A stretch of DNA of 64,000 bases, from positions 2,159-66,158 of the forward strand of contig JBPOJE010000073.1 in assembly GCA_052033935.1 (NCBI GenBank), in the 5' to 3' direction. The first letter of the stretch is position 1. Each line of letters begins with the position of its first letter. Source of the stretch: Armatimonadota bacterium (GTDB lineage: Bacteria > Armatimonadota > UBA5829 > DSUL01). The notes beneath the pieces were generated by a model. The model ran no database searches and was not told the origin of the DNA. It was given only the letters and a program-made list of their open reading frames with translations. Shown here piece after piece: positions 63,365-64,000 of the stretch. The position numbers were made by a program, and so were the translations under genes.

Positions 63365-64000
63365 TTGGCTCTGCGAAAGTATCTGACCGTTGCGTTGTTG
63401 TCGGTCGTCCTGACAGTGCTGTCGCTGGGGATGTCCTTCGCCTACGAGTTCTGGTGGCCCACATCTGGCTGGATCAGCAGCATCTGGGGCGAGGACCGGG
63501 GCGATCATTACCATTCCGGCATAGACATCGCCGCCAACAGCGGCACCCCCATCTACGCAGCCTGCAAGGGCACAATCGCCTACCGGGGCTGGTACTCCGG
63601 ATACGGCTACTGCATTGACATCAGGCACGAAGGCAACTGGGTGACGCGCTACGCTCACCAGTCCTCTTTCGCCAGCGGGCTTTCGGTGGGGTCGAGTGTC
63701 GTGCGAGGCCAGGTGATCGGCTACGTCGGCAGCACCGGCAACTCGACGGGGCCGCATCTGCACTTTGAGATTCGCCAGGGGGTGACGTTCGGGTTTACCA
63801 ACTCGTACTACATTCCGGGCAACTACTACAACACTATCACCGCAAAGACGGAGATCGCCCGTACGTACTCAGGCTGCACTTGCACTTCCGCCCCGACGTG
63901 GGCGGCAACGTACCGCGCGCAGTCGTTCCCGTCCTCGATGGAGGCGGGTTCCACGGCTATCGTCTGGGCCGAGTTCAACAACACGGGCACGGGTACCTGG
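63365..64000 (+). CDS. M23 family metallopeptidase (LytM domain), 3' end beyond window
   Basis: The frame is open to the window end. HYHSGIDIAANSGTPIYAACKGTI...GSTGNSTGPHLHFEI are the HxxxD and HxH motifs of M23 peptidases. Putative TTG start 63365 is preceded by AAGGAG (63349-63354) and followed by a TM/signal segment. Not in the ORF track (no stop in window). Confidence 0.65.
   Translation, partial: MALRKYLTVALLSVVLTVLSLGMSFAYEFWWPTSGWISSIWGEDRGDHYHSGIDIAANSGTPIYAACKGTIAYRGWYSGYGYCIDIRHEGNWVTRYAHQSSFASGLSVGSSVVRGQVIGYVGSTGNSTGPHLHFEIRQGVTFGFTNSYYIPGNYYNTITAKTEIARTYSGCTCTSAPTWAATYRAQSFPSSMEAGSTAIVWAEFNNTGTGTW

Noticed and set aside
1-64000. CRISPR arrays / cas genes
   Set aside because: No short regularly spaced direct repeats with unique spacers were seen. 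The only tandem repeats are coding (7992-10233, 54456-54491) or the two REP-like loci.

Overview
This is a high-GC (roughly two-thirds G+C by eye) bacterial chromosomal window. Its gene content suggests a PVC-/Armatimonadota-like lineage: prepilin-type H-X9-DG (DUF1559) protein, PEP-CTERM protein, Tat-exported Gfo/Idh/MocA oxidoreductases, FGE-sulfatase-fold proteins and many large secreted glycan-active proteins. Recognisable core genes are icd, serC, a flavodiiron protein, hcp (disrupted), fur and a tmRNA (ssrA). A minus-strand block spans roughly 18-37 kb: ApbE, three Gfo/Idh/MocA oxidoreductases, an acyl-ACP-reductase-like gene with a secreted esterase and a DUF, an FGE-domain protein, a sugar ABC transporter and a 5'-nucleotidase. 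A compositionally lower-GC island (about 54.3-58.3 kb) is bounded by a decayed IS3 element and the ssrA gene. At least seven reading frames are interrupted by single-nucleotide frameshifts, several at short homopolymer runs, plus two in-frame TAGs. These are either genuine pseudogenes or homopolymer-length assembly errors, and I cannot tell which from the sequence alone. The most interesting features are listed after this paragraph. Most long antisense ORFs in the track are high-GC artefacts.
- An FGE-fold protein with five tandem ~150-aa repeats, and a second FGE paralog beside a sugar uptake operon.
- A recurring uncharacterised C-terminal module pair in four large secreted hydrolase-like proteins.
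- A reversed Aas-like acyl-ligase/ACP-like/PlsC fusion.
- Two copies of a small palindromic intergenic repeat.
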